Positions 1-11,046 of a stretch of 64,000 bases of DNA are shown here, in pieces (within the stretch, counting starts at the first letter, position 1; each line of letters begins with the position of its first letter). The notes beneath the pieces were generated by a model, which worked only from the letters and a program-made list of their open reading frames with translations, made no database searches and had not been told where the DNA came from. The stretch is from a virus, in IMG/VR virus record IMGVR_UViG_3300030118_004474, positions 1 to 64,000 of that record. One strand, 5' to 3'. The translations under genes and the position numbers were made by a program.

Positions 1-3000
1 GGCAGAATAGATGTTAATGATAATGTAGCAGGAGAGACATTTTATGACGATGCTTTGGGACTTTATCTAGTAAATTCTAACGGTTTAACGCGAGGAGGAT
101 TTTTAAACCTAGTTAATTCGGTAAATAATTTAGCATCCGGGTCAACGCTTAGGCATTGTCCTGCTCCCTATAAAGAAATAATGGTAGATGACAGAGTTGG
201 TTCTGGTACTGTATCTGTGAACTATTCAATGAGATTTGGTTCACCTATTTTTAGACTAAATTATTTATCCCCTTCTGTTCTAAAAAGGCACAACACCTTC
301 AAAACGTATTCTTTGGCTAAAGGTTTTGTGGGTAAGTTGTATTATGATAATCCATCAGCATTTAGATTTTATGGGTCTGTATTTAGATTGATGGGAACAG
401 GTGTTGTAGATAAAGACTATTACGAGGGTAAATCAGAATCAACACTAGCGACAAATTTAAGAGAACTCCCAGTAGAGCAGAAGGGGTATTTACCTGCCTT
501 GGGAAGCACGGGCCACGACATTATTTACTACCCATTGGATTTTGATAATAAATTAGAACACATCGGACCTAGATTGTGGCCCGAAGGAACCGGCTTTTCT
601 AATCAATCTAAAAACTTCTTAGAACAATATGACCCAATAATTAACCATACGTTTTTATTTACTGCCGGGGATATTATGCCGGATTCAAAAAAACGTCCTG
701 ATAATCCCTTTAACGAAACAATTAGTAGAGATTTAACAAACTACTTTTTGATGGTTAAGTATAAGTCTCCCACCTCAAATGATTTTATAGGACACACCTC
801 CTATAATGGTGCAACCAACCTTTTAGGTTCTAGGGAATCCGATTATCAATTCTTTCCGATTGAAACAGCATCAGGAACATCCCCAAAAAGAATGAATCTT
901 CTAAGACTGAGAACAATGACCGTAGATTCGTTATTTAATGAGGTTGACTTTGAAAGTTATAAAACTAGGACAACTATATTTAAAACCGTAGAGGCCCCAA
1001 GTCCTGTAATTAACTCAATCCCTAATGGGGGGTTATCAGTTTATCCTTGTCATACTACTTCTGCTACTAGTTCCTCGTCCAAGACAATAGCAGTAGACAA
1101 TTCGGCGGGTCTTTGGCTTTATAGTGGAACTAGCGGTATTTATTACAATCGTTATATATTTACTAATCCTGCTGATGATTCAACGGGAAAGAGTAGGTTT
1201 TTAGGAACAATTGATACCAAAACTACTACTGCGTTAACCTTAGTTTCTAACTGTTTAATAGATGGATATTCGGGCGAAATATACATTACCGAACAGGATA
1301 TTAGAGTTCCATTTGATGGTTCAACGGAAAATATAGGAACCCCCCTTACATCAAACGTTGCTTTAACGGGAGAAGACTACATTTATCCAACCGCTAACGG
1401 TTCTGCTGGGAAACATAATCCCAATATTCAATCAATTGACACTAGCAATATAACGTTGAATAATAAAACTGTCTATACCGACGCACTATATGTTGAAAAC
1501 AGTTCTCTACCAACTGCCGCACAGAACTTTAGAGGAAGTTCGGGTGCTACCGGCTACACGAGTTCTGTTGGAGTAAGTTTTTCTGCGGTTGATAATAGCA
1601 CTCATAGTCCCTTATCCCAAATTACTTTAAACATAGAAACTTTATCTACGGGTAGTGTAGCACCGGATTTAACACATTACAGGGTAGGACAACGAATTGA
1701 AATAACAGACCATACAACATCGGCCTACAATATCAGATACACTATTGAGTCTGCGACTGCTACCTCTTTAACCATTAGAAGTGTTCCTAGTGCCACTCTT
1801 TCCAATGATGCAACAATAAGAACCGCCACTATAAGAAATATAGACTCTGAAAGGTATTTCACAATGGCCGCAGGTGGTAGTAGGCTTTTAACAGATAGAG
1901 AATCAATTGCCTCAATAGCACAACACGATGACATCTATGTGGGAATGGGGGTAGTTGTTGCTAAAAATGGGGGTTCTTCTACAACTTCTCAGGCAACTAG
2001 CGATAGAATTTTTCCTATGAAATTGAAAGATATAACCTCTCACAATAATTACGGAACAACTATTACAACAAGCGATAACACAGTTTTAACTACTTCGGAT
2101 AGATACTTTGGAGACACCACTTCCATTTCTGGTAGTTCAGCAAAAGATACCGGATTAGAAAGTGATGTTGCAGAGTTATTATTTACACCTATTATTGATT
2201 TGGCTAAATCAAATGTTAGCAAAGAGGCTAATTTGGATTCAACGGGTAGATATGATACTTACGGGTACATTTATATTGACTTTGACTATGATTGGATTAG
2301 GAATCTTTCTGGGCCTCTAAATGGTAGTAATCAACATTGGATTCACTACATTGGTAGTCTAGCAGGTAAATATTTAATCAACACTAGAACAAACAAACTA
2401 CACTACGTTGTTAATCACCAACTTTCTAAAAATGGAGCATCGGGTGTAATTCGGCACTATATTTCAATTGATAACTATGCTGATGGTGAAATAAACAATG
2501 ACGATAAATTTGAAGTTTTAACTGTCTGTACTAGAACAACCCTTTCTTCAAAAACAAACTATCCTCTCTATGAGTATAATTCTACAAACGTGATTAATCC
2601 TGAAACAGGTAGATTCTACGAAAAAACAGAAATGGAACGAGATTGGCTGGCTACTTCATTAGATGTAGATGAACTAACTTTTCTTTCTAACACACCTATG
2701 GTTAAGGGCATGTTTGTAGTGGCTGATATTGATGGGGCGGGTTCTAGTCATTTAGTTCACCGAACCGGAGATACCCCACCATTTACTATCGCTGAAGGAT
2801 ATACAGTTTGTTTAAGTGATGGTCAAACCGCAAAGAAACATTCAATGGATGTTTTAAGTGAATCAGTTTCTAGTTCTACTGCGGTAAAAGTTTTATCTTT
2901 TAATGACATTGAAAATTATAATGGTTCTGTTTCCATAGGAGAAATAGTCAATGTGAGTATAATTGGTAAAATTGACAGGGAAGTAGAATACGCAAAAATT

Positions 3001-3876
3001 GTTTTACCGTTTGAAGTCCTAACCGAGGCGGAGGACATAGCAGATGATATTTTATCTTCTATCGGTATTGATTATGTAAAAAGCAGCGATACTAGCAAGT
3101 ATTACATTGGCTCAAACTTTGATGGTCAAGACGCTTTTACAGCAGCAAATAGTGTATTGGATTACAAAGGTCTAAAAATTATTATTGATGGAGAATCAAT
3201 AAAAGTGACCTCAGATGAAGATGACAAAGATTATAGAAATATTTTATTTGATGAAGAAGTTAATGATTTTAACATAACGTCCTTTAAGAGAGATGTTAGT
3301 ATATATGATAAATTTAATTCAATAGTTATCATAGGGGACAACGTTAGAGGTATTGCTAAAAATCATACTGAAATTCAAAAAGACGGGGTAGAGCGTAAGA
3401 AGGAAATATATGATTTTTCTATCACATCACAAGTTCAAGCGGATGAGTTAGCACAAAAAACATTAGGGGCCTTTTCTACACTATCTAACGCCATAGAACT
3501 AGAGGTGGGTTCAGACATACCCCACATAAACCCCGGTCAAATTATTGAACTAAAGTTTGAAAGAGAGGGAGTATTTAGGGGAAATTTTGTAGTCATTGAA
3601 GTTCACCGACAGTCCGGCCTTCCTACAAAACTTTTATTAGGAGAGTATAACAAGGATTTAGCGGCGACAATATCGCTGTTATTGGGGGAGACTAGAAATC
3701 TACAAGGTAGGAATAAGAGGGTCTATAAGACATTCACGAGTCCGAACATAGTATTACAGAATACCAGAATTAAATTTGTTCAGGCAAAAATTACATCTAG
3801 GACGGCAGTTTCCGGCTCAACTACAATATTAGGATTTGGTAAAACAATAGGATTTACTTCGGAGATGGGACCATGA
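1..3876 (+). CDS. Large tail/baseplate-associated virion protein, 5'-truncated
   Basis: Frame is open from base 1; Ser/Thr/Gly-rich beta-strand composition; the C-terminal ~250 aa resemble tail hub/baseplate proteins (SIVIIGD...EIYDFSITSQVQADELAQ...PHINPGQII); directly upstream of tail-fibre genes. Confidence 0.6.
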   Translation, partial: GRIDVNDNVAGETFYDDALGLYLVNSNGLTRGGFLNLVNSVNNLASGSTLRHCPAPYKEIMVDDRVGSGTVSVNYSMRFGSPIFRLNYLSPSVLKRHNTFKTYSLAKGFVGKLYYDNPSAFRFYGSVFRLMGTGVVDKDYYEGKSESTLATNLRELPVEQKGYLPALGSTGHDIIYYPLDFDNKLEHIGPRLWPEGTGFSNQSKNFLEQYDPIINHTFLFTAGDIMPDSKKRPDNPFNETISRDLTNYFLMVKYKSPTSNDFIGHTSYNGATNLLGSRESDYQFFPIETASGTSPKRMNLLRLRTMTVDSLFNEVDFESYKTRTTIFKTVEAPSPVINSIPNGGLSVYPCHTTSATSSSSKTIAVDNSAGLWLYSGTSGIYYNRYIFTNPADDSTGKSRFLGTIDTKTTTALTLVSNCLIDGYSGEIYITEQDIRVPFDGSTENIGTPLTSNVALTGEDYIYPTANGSAGKHNPNIQSIDTSNITLNNKTVYTDALYVENSSLPTAAQNFRGSSGATGYTSSVGVSFSAVDNSTHSPLSQITLNIETLSTGSVAPDLTHYRVGQRIEITDHTTSAYNIRYTIESATATSLTIRSVPSATLSNDATIRTATIRNIDSERYFTMAAGGSRLLTDRESIASIAQHDDIYVGMGVVVAKNGGSSTTSQATSDRIFPMKLKDITSHNNYGTTITTSDNTVLTTSDRYFGDTTSISGSSAKDTGLESDVAELLFTPIIDLAKSNVSKEANLDSTGRYDTYGYIYIDFDYDWIRNLSGPLNGSNQHWIHYIGSLAGKYLINTRTNKLHYVVNHQLSKNGASGVIRHYISIDNYADGEINNDDKFEVLTVCTRTTLSSKTNYPLYEYNSTNVINPETGRFYEKTEMERDWLATSLDVDELTFLSNTPMVKGMFVVADIDGAGSSHLVHRTGDTPPFTIAEGYTVCLSDGQTAKKHSMDVLSESVSSSTAVKVLSFNDIENYNGSVSIGEIVNVSIIGKIDREVEYAKIVLPFEVLTEAEDIADDILSSIGIDYVKSSDTSKYYIGSNFDGQDAFTAANSVLDYKGLKIIIDGESIKVTSDEDDKDYRNILFDEEVNDFNITSFKRDVSIYDKFNSIVIIGDNVRGIAKNHTEIQKDGVERKKEIYDFSITSQVQADELAQKTLGAFSTLSNAIELEVGSDIPHINPGQIIELKFEREGVFRGNFVVIEVHRQSGLPTKLLLGEYNKDLAATISLLLGETRNLQGRNKRVYKTFTSPNIVLQNTRIKFVQAKITSRTAVSGSTTILGFGKTIGFTSEMGP

Positions 3877-4214
3877 TAACAAGGGACGGTAGAACAAAAA
3901 TGCGTGATTTACTTATTTCTAATTTTACTAAATACAAAGTAGGGGCAGGAGGAGATAGTACCAACCCTAACTCTTCCGATTTAGATTCTCCTTTGATTAG
4001 TTTAGCATCTATGAATACCCCGACAATAAGTGGTGAGACAAGCATTGATTTTACATTTACAGTTCTAGGTAGTTCTTTGGTTGGTCAAACGCTCAAAGAA
4101 GCCGGTGTTTTTACAGCATCGGGGGAATTATTGGTAAGAGTAAATTTTGACCCGATAGGACCCTTAACAGCAACAGATGAAATAGATTTTATTATTACAG
4201 TAGAGGTTGATTAA
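3873..4214 (+). CDS. Small tail-collar/baseplate fibre-attachment protein
   Basis: TLKEAGVFTASGELLVR motif resembles tail-collar fibre (DUF3751-like) domains; ATGA overlap with the upstream gene. Confidence 0.55.
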   Translation: MITRDGRTKMRDLLISNFTKYKVGAGGDSTNPNSSDLDSPLISLASMNTPTISGETSIDFTFTVLGSSLVGQTLKEAGVFTASGELLVRVNFDPIGPLTATDEIDFIITVEVD

Positions 4215-4215
4215 A

Positions 4216-5967
4216 ATGGTATCAAATCAAGGAAAAATTACAACGCTGGCGGCTGATGCGTCAATTAATAAGGGGCTTGAAGATGGAACAGACAAAGTGC
4301 ATTCGGGTATTTTCAAAGTATTGGAATCCCTTTCTCAAGGAAACGTTTGTATTAGTCATGCCGGATTTACGATTACAGACGGAGGAACCTACACTCAATA
4401 TAATTTAGCACAACCGATTAAGTTTTTTTCTAATGGTGATTTTACTAATCATACCGGAACATTGACTGTCGCTTATACTTCTAGTCCTGTTCAAGATACA
4501 ACCCATACAAGACACGATTGGGTTCTATTGAATCCTACTGGACCAGCATTAGTTATTGTTCAAGGAACTGCTGGTGCGACATCTAAGGTTTCTGATATTA
4601 CAGCAGGTTATATCCCTATTGCATTAGTAGAAATTACCGCAGGAACAGATGATGATAAGTCTGATTATTCATTTCAAACCTTTACCATGAGTAAAACTTC
4701 TAATTCTTTAAGTATAGGTCGTGATAATAGCGGATATACTGAAAGTGCTTCAATTAAAAGCAACGCCGGAGATGTTGAATTTGAGTCTTTAGAAACAGAC
4801 AAGGATATTATTTTTAAGGTAAAGGACGGCTCTAGCGTTATTGATAGATTAATTTTATATGGTGATAACGACCCATCGTTTCCAAACACAGAAGTTAAGA
4901 TTGAAGGTTCTTTATTAGTCACAGAAGATATTCAAGCGAATAAACTTGCCCTAGGATATGCAAACTCACCCACAAGTGGTTTAGCAGAAATACAAGCATA
5001 CTCTAGTTCAGAACCTATGGTTTTCAAAACTGGTGCGGCAGTAGAAAGAGTAAGAATAACAACTGATGGGAAAATAGGAATAGGAACAAATAACCCAACT
5101 GGTATTTTACATGTTAAAGGAACAAGTGCCTCTGATATTGATTTTTTAATTGAGGTTGCAGAAGATGGTGGTTCCGCTTCTCCCGATATTGTTTATTACC
5201 GTAATTCAGCAAGTCCAGCCGCAGGTGATGATTTAGCACACATCCGGTTTAGAGGTAAAGATTCAGCAGGAAGCACAGCAGATTATGTGGACATTTTTGC
5301 AGAAATCGTAGACCCCACCGATGGAAGCGAAGACGGAAGAATAACCTTTAGAACTTTAAAAAATGGTGCTATTACTTCAAGAATTGAATTGGATAGTGAT
5401 GAGACAGTTATCAATGATGCCGGAGCAGATATAAATTTCAGAGTAGAGGGCGACACAAATTCAAATTTAATCTTTGCTGATGCGGGAAACGATAGAGTGG
5501 GAATTAAAACTTCTTCCCCTTCTGTTGAATTAGATGTTGCAGGTGCTATTACTTCATCGGGAACTATTACTGGGGTAACTGGGGCTTTTACAACAGTTAA
5601 TGCAACAGATGTAAATACTGGTAATATTACTTCAACAGCGAATCAAAATCTTTCCTATGAAGTAATTACTGCGGCAACACCAATTTCAGGATTAAAAACG
5701 GTTGTCTATTCATCGGCAATTAATGGTAATACTGCGGCTTTACCCGCACCTGCTTCGGGAAATATTCTTACTGTTGTTAATTTAGATGCGGCAAATCCTA
5801 TAACCCTTACACCATCCGTAGGCTCAATTAATAATGGTGCTGTGGGCCACCCTAAACTTACAGCACCGAATATCATTACATTGGCACCATTTGAGCATAT
5901 AACTTTACAAGCAGTCGTAGATACTTTAGGTGTATTACAAACAGGACACATGATTATTAGTGATTGA
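4216..5967 (+). CDS. Tail fibre / receptor-binding protein
   Basis: Typical marine-virus fibre repeats (ERVRITTDGKIGIGTNNP; NFRVEGDTNSNLIFADAGNDRVGI); GAGGTTGA RBS before ATG 4216. Confidence 0.75.
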   Translation: MVSNQGKITTLAADASINKGLEDGTDKVHSGIFKVLESLSQGNVCISHAGFTITDGGTYTQYNLAQPIKFFSNGDFTNHTGTLTVAYTSSPVQDTTHTRHDWVLLNPTGPALVIVQGTAGATSKVSDITAGYIPIALVEITAGTDDDKSDYSFQTFTMSKTSNSLSIGRDNSGYTESASIKSNAGDVEFESLETDKDIIFKVKDGSSVIDRLILYGDNDPSFPNTEVKIEGSLLVTEDIQANKLALGYANSPTSGLAEIQAYSSSEPMVFKTGAAVERVRITTDGKIGIGTNNPTGILHVKGTSASDIDFLIEVAEDGGSASPDIVYYRNSASPAAGDDLAHIRFRGKDSAGSTADYVDIFAEIVDPTDGSEDGRITFRTLKNGAITSRIELDSDETVINDAGADINFRVEGDTNSNLIFADAGNDRVGIKTSSPSVELDVAGAITSSGTITGVTGAFTTVNATDVNTGNITSTANQNLSYEVITAATPISGLKTVVYSSAINGNTAALPAPASGNILTVVNLDAANPITLTPSVGSINNGAVGHPKLTAPNIITLAPFEHITLQAVVDTLGVLQTGHMIISD

Positions 5968-6014
5968 TGAAACATTTAAATAGTCATTCAGCGACTCAAT
6001 AAATAGGTAGCACC

Positions 6015-6230
6015 ATGTCGGCAAGCGATATTGATGAGGTCCTATCAAGGGACACCGAAGGAAAATTAAATTGGCTTGTTGGGGAAGTTACAGAAATTAA
6101 ACAGGATGTCCTCGTTATTAAAAATAATCATTTAACACACATTGAAAGCGATATGAGTTTAATCAAAAGAGTTCTTAGCGGGGTAGTGGTATTTTTGATA
6201 GCGGCATTTACAGGAATACAGGTGATGTAA
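6015..6230 (+). CDS. Small coiled-coil protein with a C-terminal TM helix (holin/XhlA-like)
   Basis: IKNNHLTHIE coiled coil followed by hydrophobic VLSGVVVFLIAAFTGI. Confidence 0.5.
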   Translation: MSASDIDEVLSRDTEGKLNWLVGEVTEIKQDVLVIKNNHLTHIESDMSLIKRVLSGVVVFLIAAFTGIQVM

Positions 6231-6231
6231 A

Positions 6232-6495
6232 ATGTGGTTCAATATTTTAAAAAACCATCTTATTCCCAACGCTAGAACAAGAAAAGAAATTGATAGATAC
6301 ATGGAAACAGTAGAGGGAAAAATTGGAGTTAGAGATGTTAGAAATGCAATTTTTAAGAAACTAGGGATGTTTGCTGACACAAGCGGGACTAGACTTAGTA
6401 ATTACCTAATGGGCTGGCATCACGAAAAAATGAAGGACTACAATGAAAATATAAAACACTACATGCAATATAGAGTAGGAACGGGGTTGGATTAG
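6232..6495 (+). CDS. Hypothetical protein with W-x-x-h-h-K leader
   Basis: Starts MWFNILKN; tightly packed in the operon. Confidence 0.6.
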   Translation: MWFNILKNHLIPNARTRKEIDRYMETVEGKIGVRDVRNAIFKKLGMFADTSGTRLSNYLMGWHHEKMKDYNENIKHYMQYRVGTGLD

Positions 6496-6915
6496 ATGGC
6501 TAAACAAGGAGATAAAGACAGCGTGAACGACAGGATGATTAAATGGACGGCTCTACCAGCAGTTTATTTGTGGCTGGCCGCTTCGGGTGCAGTAGTGGCT
6601 ATGGGTATCGCCAAGCCCGAAGTTGTTCTTGAAAATATTGAGGGCTTCATCGCTCTTATCGCAATCATTGGCGGAACTGCTCAACCTGCATTCGCAACCA
6701 TGCTTGAGTTGTGGAAGCAGGAGCAACAGACTGAAACGGAACTTCATCCATCTATTATGGAATCACAAACTCGTGTAATGGAACAAAGAGCCGCACTAGA
6801 AAGAGAAATGGCCCTTAATGCTCAAAAGCACAAGCACATGATGGATGCCGAAGAACGTAGAGCCAAGATTGACCTTGTAAAAAATGGCAAGGCAGTTTTT
6901 AAGAAAAAGGATTAA
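6496..6915 (+). CDS. Two-TM membrane protein, possible holin
   Basis: Two hydrophobic helices then a charged coiled-coil tail; last gene of the + strand block. Confidence 0.5.
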   Translation: MAKQGDKDSVNDRMIKWTALPAVYLWLAASGAVVAMGIAKPEVVLENIEGFIALIAIIGGTAQPAFATMLELWKQEQQTETELHPSIMESQTRVMEQRAALEREMALNAQKHKHMMDAEERRAKIDLVKNGKAVFKKKD

Positions 6916-6977
6916 ATGTTTTTATAAAAAACCAAAATAGCGTTATATTTAGTCATTTTGGTGCTGTAAAAATGCGT

Positions 6978-7014
6978 GAAAAAAGGGCCGAGGTCCATCA
7001 CAGACCCCGACCCA
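6978..7014. terminator. Imperfect GC hairpin between convergent operons
   Basis: AAAAAAGGGCCGAGGTC-CATCACA-GACCCCGACCC; pairs better, with a U-tract after it, on the - strand. Confidence 0.45.
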
Positions 7015-7020
7015 ATTAAT

Positions 7021-7617
7021 TCACCACTCAATATCTATCTTAATGAAAGTATTTTCATCTTCATTATAATACTCAATTTGTTTTTCAACACGACCTTTTT
7101 CCCACACATCGTATGAAATCTGAGAGTCTAGAATGCAGTATTTTACCACATCTTCATAACGACCCTCCGACCACCACTTAACAGCAGTTAAACCGTCTGC
7201 TGATTTTTTAGTTCCTAAATTACACTTTGCTAGATTATCTAACGATACATGAAACCCATTTGAATGTTTATTCATTATTCTACTAGTATCAATACATCTT
7301 GTTTCTCTATTGTCTATGAATTTTTTTGCTATAAAAATGTCCATAGAATCACGTAGAGCCGGTAGGTCAAAACTTATAATGTTATGTCCTAAAAGAATAC
7401 CGCCCTCATCAAAATGTTGGTCTAAATCATATTTTAAACTTCTAAGAGATTTGACCAACACACCATCAATATTCATAGGCTTATCTACATATGCTCTAGC
7501 CTCTTTACCATCCCATGTTGTTACGCAAGTAATATCCCACATGTGAGTATTATTCCATCCGCCTATATCTGCCGCACTATTCCCTGTTTCAATGTCAATT
7601 GCTAATACTTTATTCAT
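7021..7617 (-). CDS. DEDD 3'-5' exonuclease (RNase H-like/YprB type)
   Basis: LAIDIET, GHNIISFD and YCILD motifs; GGAGGT RBS before ATG 7617. Confidence 0.8.
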   Translation of the reverse strand: MNKVLAIDIETGNSAADIGGWNNTHMWDITCVTTWDGKEARAYVDKPMNIDGVLVKSLRSLKYDLDQHFDEGGILLGHNIISFDLPALRDSMDIFIAKKFIDNRETRCIDTSRIMNKHSNGFHVSLDNLAKCNLGTKKSADGLTAVKWWSEGRYEDVVKYCILDSQISYDVWEKGRVEKQIEYYNEDENTFIKIDIEW

Positions 7618-7795
7618 TTTTAAATACCTCCATATCTTTGATTTCTTCCAAAGAATATCCATTTAATATCAAATCAAGAAGACTACTTAAATGTTTTTCA
7701 CTTATAAAAGTAATCATAATATCTACTACATCTTCCTTAGTAATCCAATCACTATTAAAAAAGTCTCTAAGACCCCTAATTGTATTTTTATTCAT
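7610..7795 (-). CDS. Hypothetical protein
   Basis: 61-aa ORF overlapping both neighbours, GGAGG RBS. Confidence 0.55.
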   Translation of the reverse strand: MNKNTIRGLRDFFNSDWITKEDVVDIMITFISEKHLSSLLDLILNGYSLEEIKDMEVFKNE

Positions 7796-9347
7796 CTTTT
7801 GCCCTCCTAATATACACCTTACGATTAATTGTTTTTTCTTCAAATAAATGGTCTGTACTATTCCACAATCTGTAAAAAGTTGCTCTTGCCTTTTTTGTAG
7901 CCTCCATGTAAGACTTAATTAAAATAGTCTTAGAAATCCAACCTTCCTTGCTTACAGTTGAAGTAGCCTTTTTCAAACAAGCATCGTAAATAGTCGTGAT
8001 TTGACTTTCCTTGACTCCCTTCTTTAGACTGCCTTTTTGATTTTTCAATCTACCACTAAACCACTCGGTAATAGAATCATATGATTTTGTAGATAACAAC
8101 ATTCCTTGGTCTACATGTTTTGCCGTGACAACTGGCGACTTTTCAGCAATAGCACAAAGCGTTGAGGCGATAGTAATGTTGTTAATCAGATTCATTCTAA
8201 ACGAATCTAGTGCGTCCTTCATTACTCCTTGGAACCCATTAGTATAGGTTCTCATTCTTTTTACTTCAATTTTAATACGATTCCAAGCATCCTTTGATAG
8301 GGGACACACTTCAATTTTATTATTGTCCACTTCCTTTAATCTTTCTTGAACCCAAATATAAATATCGTAGAGTCTTTCAGCCATCTCGCTTGGTATTTTC
8401 TTTCTTGCGCTATCATCGTAGTTTCCATAAAGTCTTTCCAAATACATGTCTTCCATTCGGTCCTTCAACGAATCGGGGATGTCTCTAATGTAAAGCCACA
8501 TTCTTTGAAAAACACCCTTCGTTAGAATAACCAATTCAATACCTTGTGGGGGAAGAGTAGTAGCCCATAGAGAACGTTGACAATCTACTACAAAATCTTT
8601 CTCCCATTCAGTTAGTCGCTTTTTTATTAGGTGCGAATCAGATTCTAACTTATTCATAAATTTTTGAAACATCATTACAACATCTTGTTTGTGTTTAGTT
8701 TCCTTGAAAATACCCGAATGTTCAAATTCGTCAAAGGCGATAATCCCCGAACCGTGGAGAGCACCATATCTTTCAATATCAATTTCACGCGGTATGTCAT
8801 AGACTTCATTATTTTGTGCCGCAATTGCCGCATCAGCACTTCTATATGCAGGGTTCGGCTGATTTACTTTAATTGTTCCTAAAAGTGCTTGGTCTGTAAA
8901 AGCATCAGGGTTGTTAATAGTAAAGGCTCTATCTCCCTCTCTTCTTCCCTGCATTCTTCCCCAAATTCTTTCATATTCTGGGGATTGCGGAAATTTATTT
9001 ACTAGGTCAAATATAATGTTCCAAGTCGGTGAGAGAAAATCCCACATCGCCGTCTTACCACTTCTAGCCGTTTGAATCCAACAAAAGTGAATTCTTGGGT
9101 CTAAGGGAGCACCTGCCGCCCTAATTCTAATATCATTCTTTAAAATCTGCCCTAGAATAACAAAAAATGACATATGCGCTGGATATTCATTATACATTGA
9201 ATATTCCTTAACACTATTTGCCCAATCTAGAACAACTTTTGGTAAAGAAACGACTTCTCTCAGTTCTACTGCTTCAATTGCTTCCTTTGTTAATTCATTG
9301 ATGGCGTCATAATACGCCCATTCGTCTAATTTTTCTGTTTCTGTCAA
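7788..9347 (-). CDS. AAA+ ATPase, divergent MCM-like replicative helicase
   Basis: Walker A QTARSGKT, Walker B IAFDEFE, sensor WATT, FQR arginine finger, C-terminal wHTH-like region; in the replication cluster. Confidence 0.65.
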   Translation of the reverse strand: MTETEKLDEWAYYDAINELTKEAIEAVELREVVSLPKVVLDWANSVKEYSMYNEYPAHMSFFVILGQILKNDIRIRAAGAPLDPRIHFCWIQTARSGKTAMWDFLSPTWNIIFDLVNKFPQSPEYERIWGRMQGRREGDRAFTINNPDAFTDQALLGTIKVNQPNPAYRSADAAIAAQNNEVYDIPREIDIERYGALHGSGIIAFDEFEHSGIFKETKHKQDVVMMFQKFMNKLESDSHLIKKRLTEWEKDFVVDCQRSLWATTLPPQGIELVILTKGVFQRMWLYIRDIPDSLKDRMEDMYLERLYGNYDDSARKKIPSEMAERLYDIYIWVQERLKEVDNNKIEVCPLSKDAWNRIKIEVKRMRTYTNGFQGVMKDALDSFRMNLINNITIASTLCAIAEKSPVVTAKHVDQGMLLSTKSYDSITEWFSGRLKNQKGSLKKGVKESQITTIYDACLKKATSTVSKEGWISKTILIKSYMEATKKARATFYRLWNSTDHLFEEKTINRKVYIRRAKDE

Positions 9348-10009
9348 TACGATACCTCCCTGTATTCATTTAGTGCTTCTTTTATATTTGAAGCGGTTAT
9401 TTTTCCTATTTTTTCTATCTTTGTTAAAGATTTTATATCACTTGATGCTATTTTTGCTATTGACCCGTAGGTTTTAAGTAATATTTTTGCTTTTTCTTGT
9501 GTAATTCCTTTAATTTGTGTTAACATATCAATTCTAACGTCATCTGTTCTCTTTTTTCTTGGCAACATTTTAGTTAAATTAACTTCCCTGTCTTTATTAA
9601 AAAAACACGCCACTATAAACTCTGCCGCATCCTTTGTATTGGGAATCCAAACAACTTTTGTGTTAGTATTTAGTGTAATGGCTGACATAGCCCCCACCAT
9701 TCGTCTTTTCATCTTATCTATAATTAATTTATCAACATGTTTTAAGTGTGTTGCTAGTTCTGAAATTTTACCATGAATTAAAACGATAGTCTTACTATAA
9801 TTGTCCTCCATATTACTAATCTGATTAAACATTCTTTTTTCCTTTACAGAATAATAGAAGTCATTTACTGATTTAGCCTCAATACAAATTTCACTACCCA
9901 CATAGTCTCCGACTTCAATAAACATCCTTTCTATTGGGACTTTAGCCATTCCAGCAAAGTATTCTACATTAGAACAAAGAACAGAACTTTCTCTGCTATC
10001 AATTATCAT
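9344..10009 (-). CDS. ERCC4/XPF-family nuclease with C-terminal HhH motifs
   Basis: IIDSRE, GDY and IEAKS..DF motifs; IKGIT and IEKIG helix-hairpin-helix motifs. Confidence 0.85.
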   Translation of the reverse strand: MIIDSRESSVLCSNVEYFAGMAKVPIERMFIEVGDYVGSEICIEAKSVNDFYYSVKEKRMFNQISNMEDNYSKTIVLIHGKISELATHLKHVDKLIIDKMKRRMVGAMSAITLNTNTKVVWIPNTKDAAEFIVACFFNKDREVNLTKMLPRKKRTDDVRIDMLTQIKGITQEKAKILLKTYGSIAKIASSDIKSLTKIEKIGKITASNIKEALNEYREVSY

Positions 10010-11037
10010 TCACCGTACCTCCAACACTTACCTACACACATTCCTTTATCAATTAATGTTGCACACGAAGCCGACATAAATCGCTTATCTACGACATAAT
10101 TTACAAACTTTCTAGTGGTGGCTGGACTGTAATCAATCCAAACATCTTCTTTATTTGCTATTTGTTCAATCTCAGCACAGATAATATTTTTAATATCCGT
10201 TAAGACTTCGCCCTGTAAGTCTCTTGGATTTCCTTCAACACCCTGTTCAATCAAAACCATATCAGAAATAATTTCATTATACCATTGAACAAGTAAATAT
10301 CTAGCCTCATGTAAAGGATTTTGAACCAAGTTGGCTGAGGCCAAACACGGAATAACTGGTAGTGTGGCGGGTCTTTCTACGCCCTGTATTTCAATACCAA
10401 CAGATTCAATTTCTTTTACCTGCGGCCAAACTAATAGTTCTTTTCCGTAGTATTCGTTTTTACCACCTCTTGGTTTCTTGCTTAGATTTAATATAAACCC
10501 AAGGTCATTTTCTAAATCACTTTTTCTCAAAGGTATGGAAAATCTTTTAGCACCTAAATGATAAGTATTTTGAACTCTCCTTAGACGAGTTGTATTAATA
10601 ACCCTATGGTCTAATAATGGAGACTTTTTTATTACGTCATGACATATGTTAAAAAATGCCTTGACTCTTCTTAAGTCCGAAGTTCTTTTGCCATAAACGA
10701 ATATGTAAAACCCCCTACCACTAAAAGCCATTCTATGTTTTAAGTCTCTGCTTTCTAACCATGTATGGAGAGTTTTCAAATTTTCATATGCTTCCTCCAA
10801 AGAATCATTTCCATGTGCATCAATATCCAAGAAAATTCTATCAATGATTACCGAGTGCTCAAGACCACGACTACTAGAAAATTCATCGTAGTTATAAACA
10901 GAGGTATAAACATTCATTTTACCGTTGTAATCGCCAATAAATTCAAGGAACTCTTCTTTATCATGGACAACTTCTCTCTTGGGTTGCCTTGCATTTGTAA
11001 ATGGGCTACCTGCCCACATTTCTCTCGGAAAATACAT
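10006..11037 (-). CDS. Archaeo-eukaryotic primase with a PriL-like Cys-cluster C-terminus
   Basis: FLDID, FSGRGFY and RLRRV motifs; C-terminal PC...C...C...C. Confidence 0.8.
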   Translation of the reverse strand: MYFPREMWAGSPFTNARQPKREVVHDKEEFLEFIGDYNGKMNVYTSVYNYDEFSSSRGLEHSVIIDRIFLDIDAHGNDSLEEAYENLKTLHTWLESRDLKHRMAFSGRGFYIFVYGKRTSDLRRVKAFFNICHDVIKKSPLLDHRVINTTRLRRVQNTYHLGAKRFSIPLRKSDLENDLGFILNLSKKPRGGKNEYYGKELLVWPQVKEIESVGIEIQGVERPATLPVIPCLASANLVQNPLHEARYLLVQWYNEIISDMVLIEQGVEGNPRDLQGEVLTDIKNIICAEIEQIANKEDVWIDYSPATTRKFVNYVVDKRFMSASCATLIDKGMCVGKCWRYGE

Positions 11038-11046
11038 ATTTTCACC

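Noticed and set aside
4216-5967. Tail fibre as a DGR target or S74 chaperone-containing protein
   Set aside because: No reverse transcriptase, no template/variable repeat pair and no S74 motif seen.
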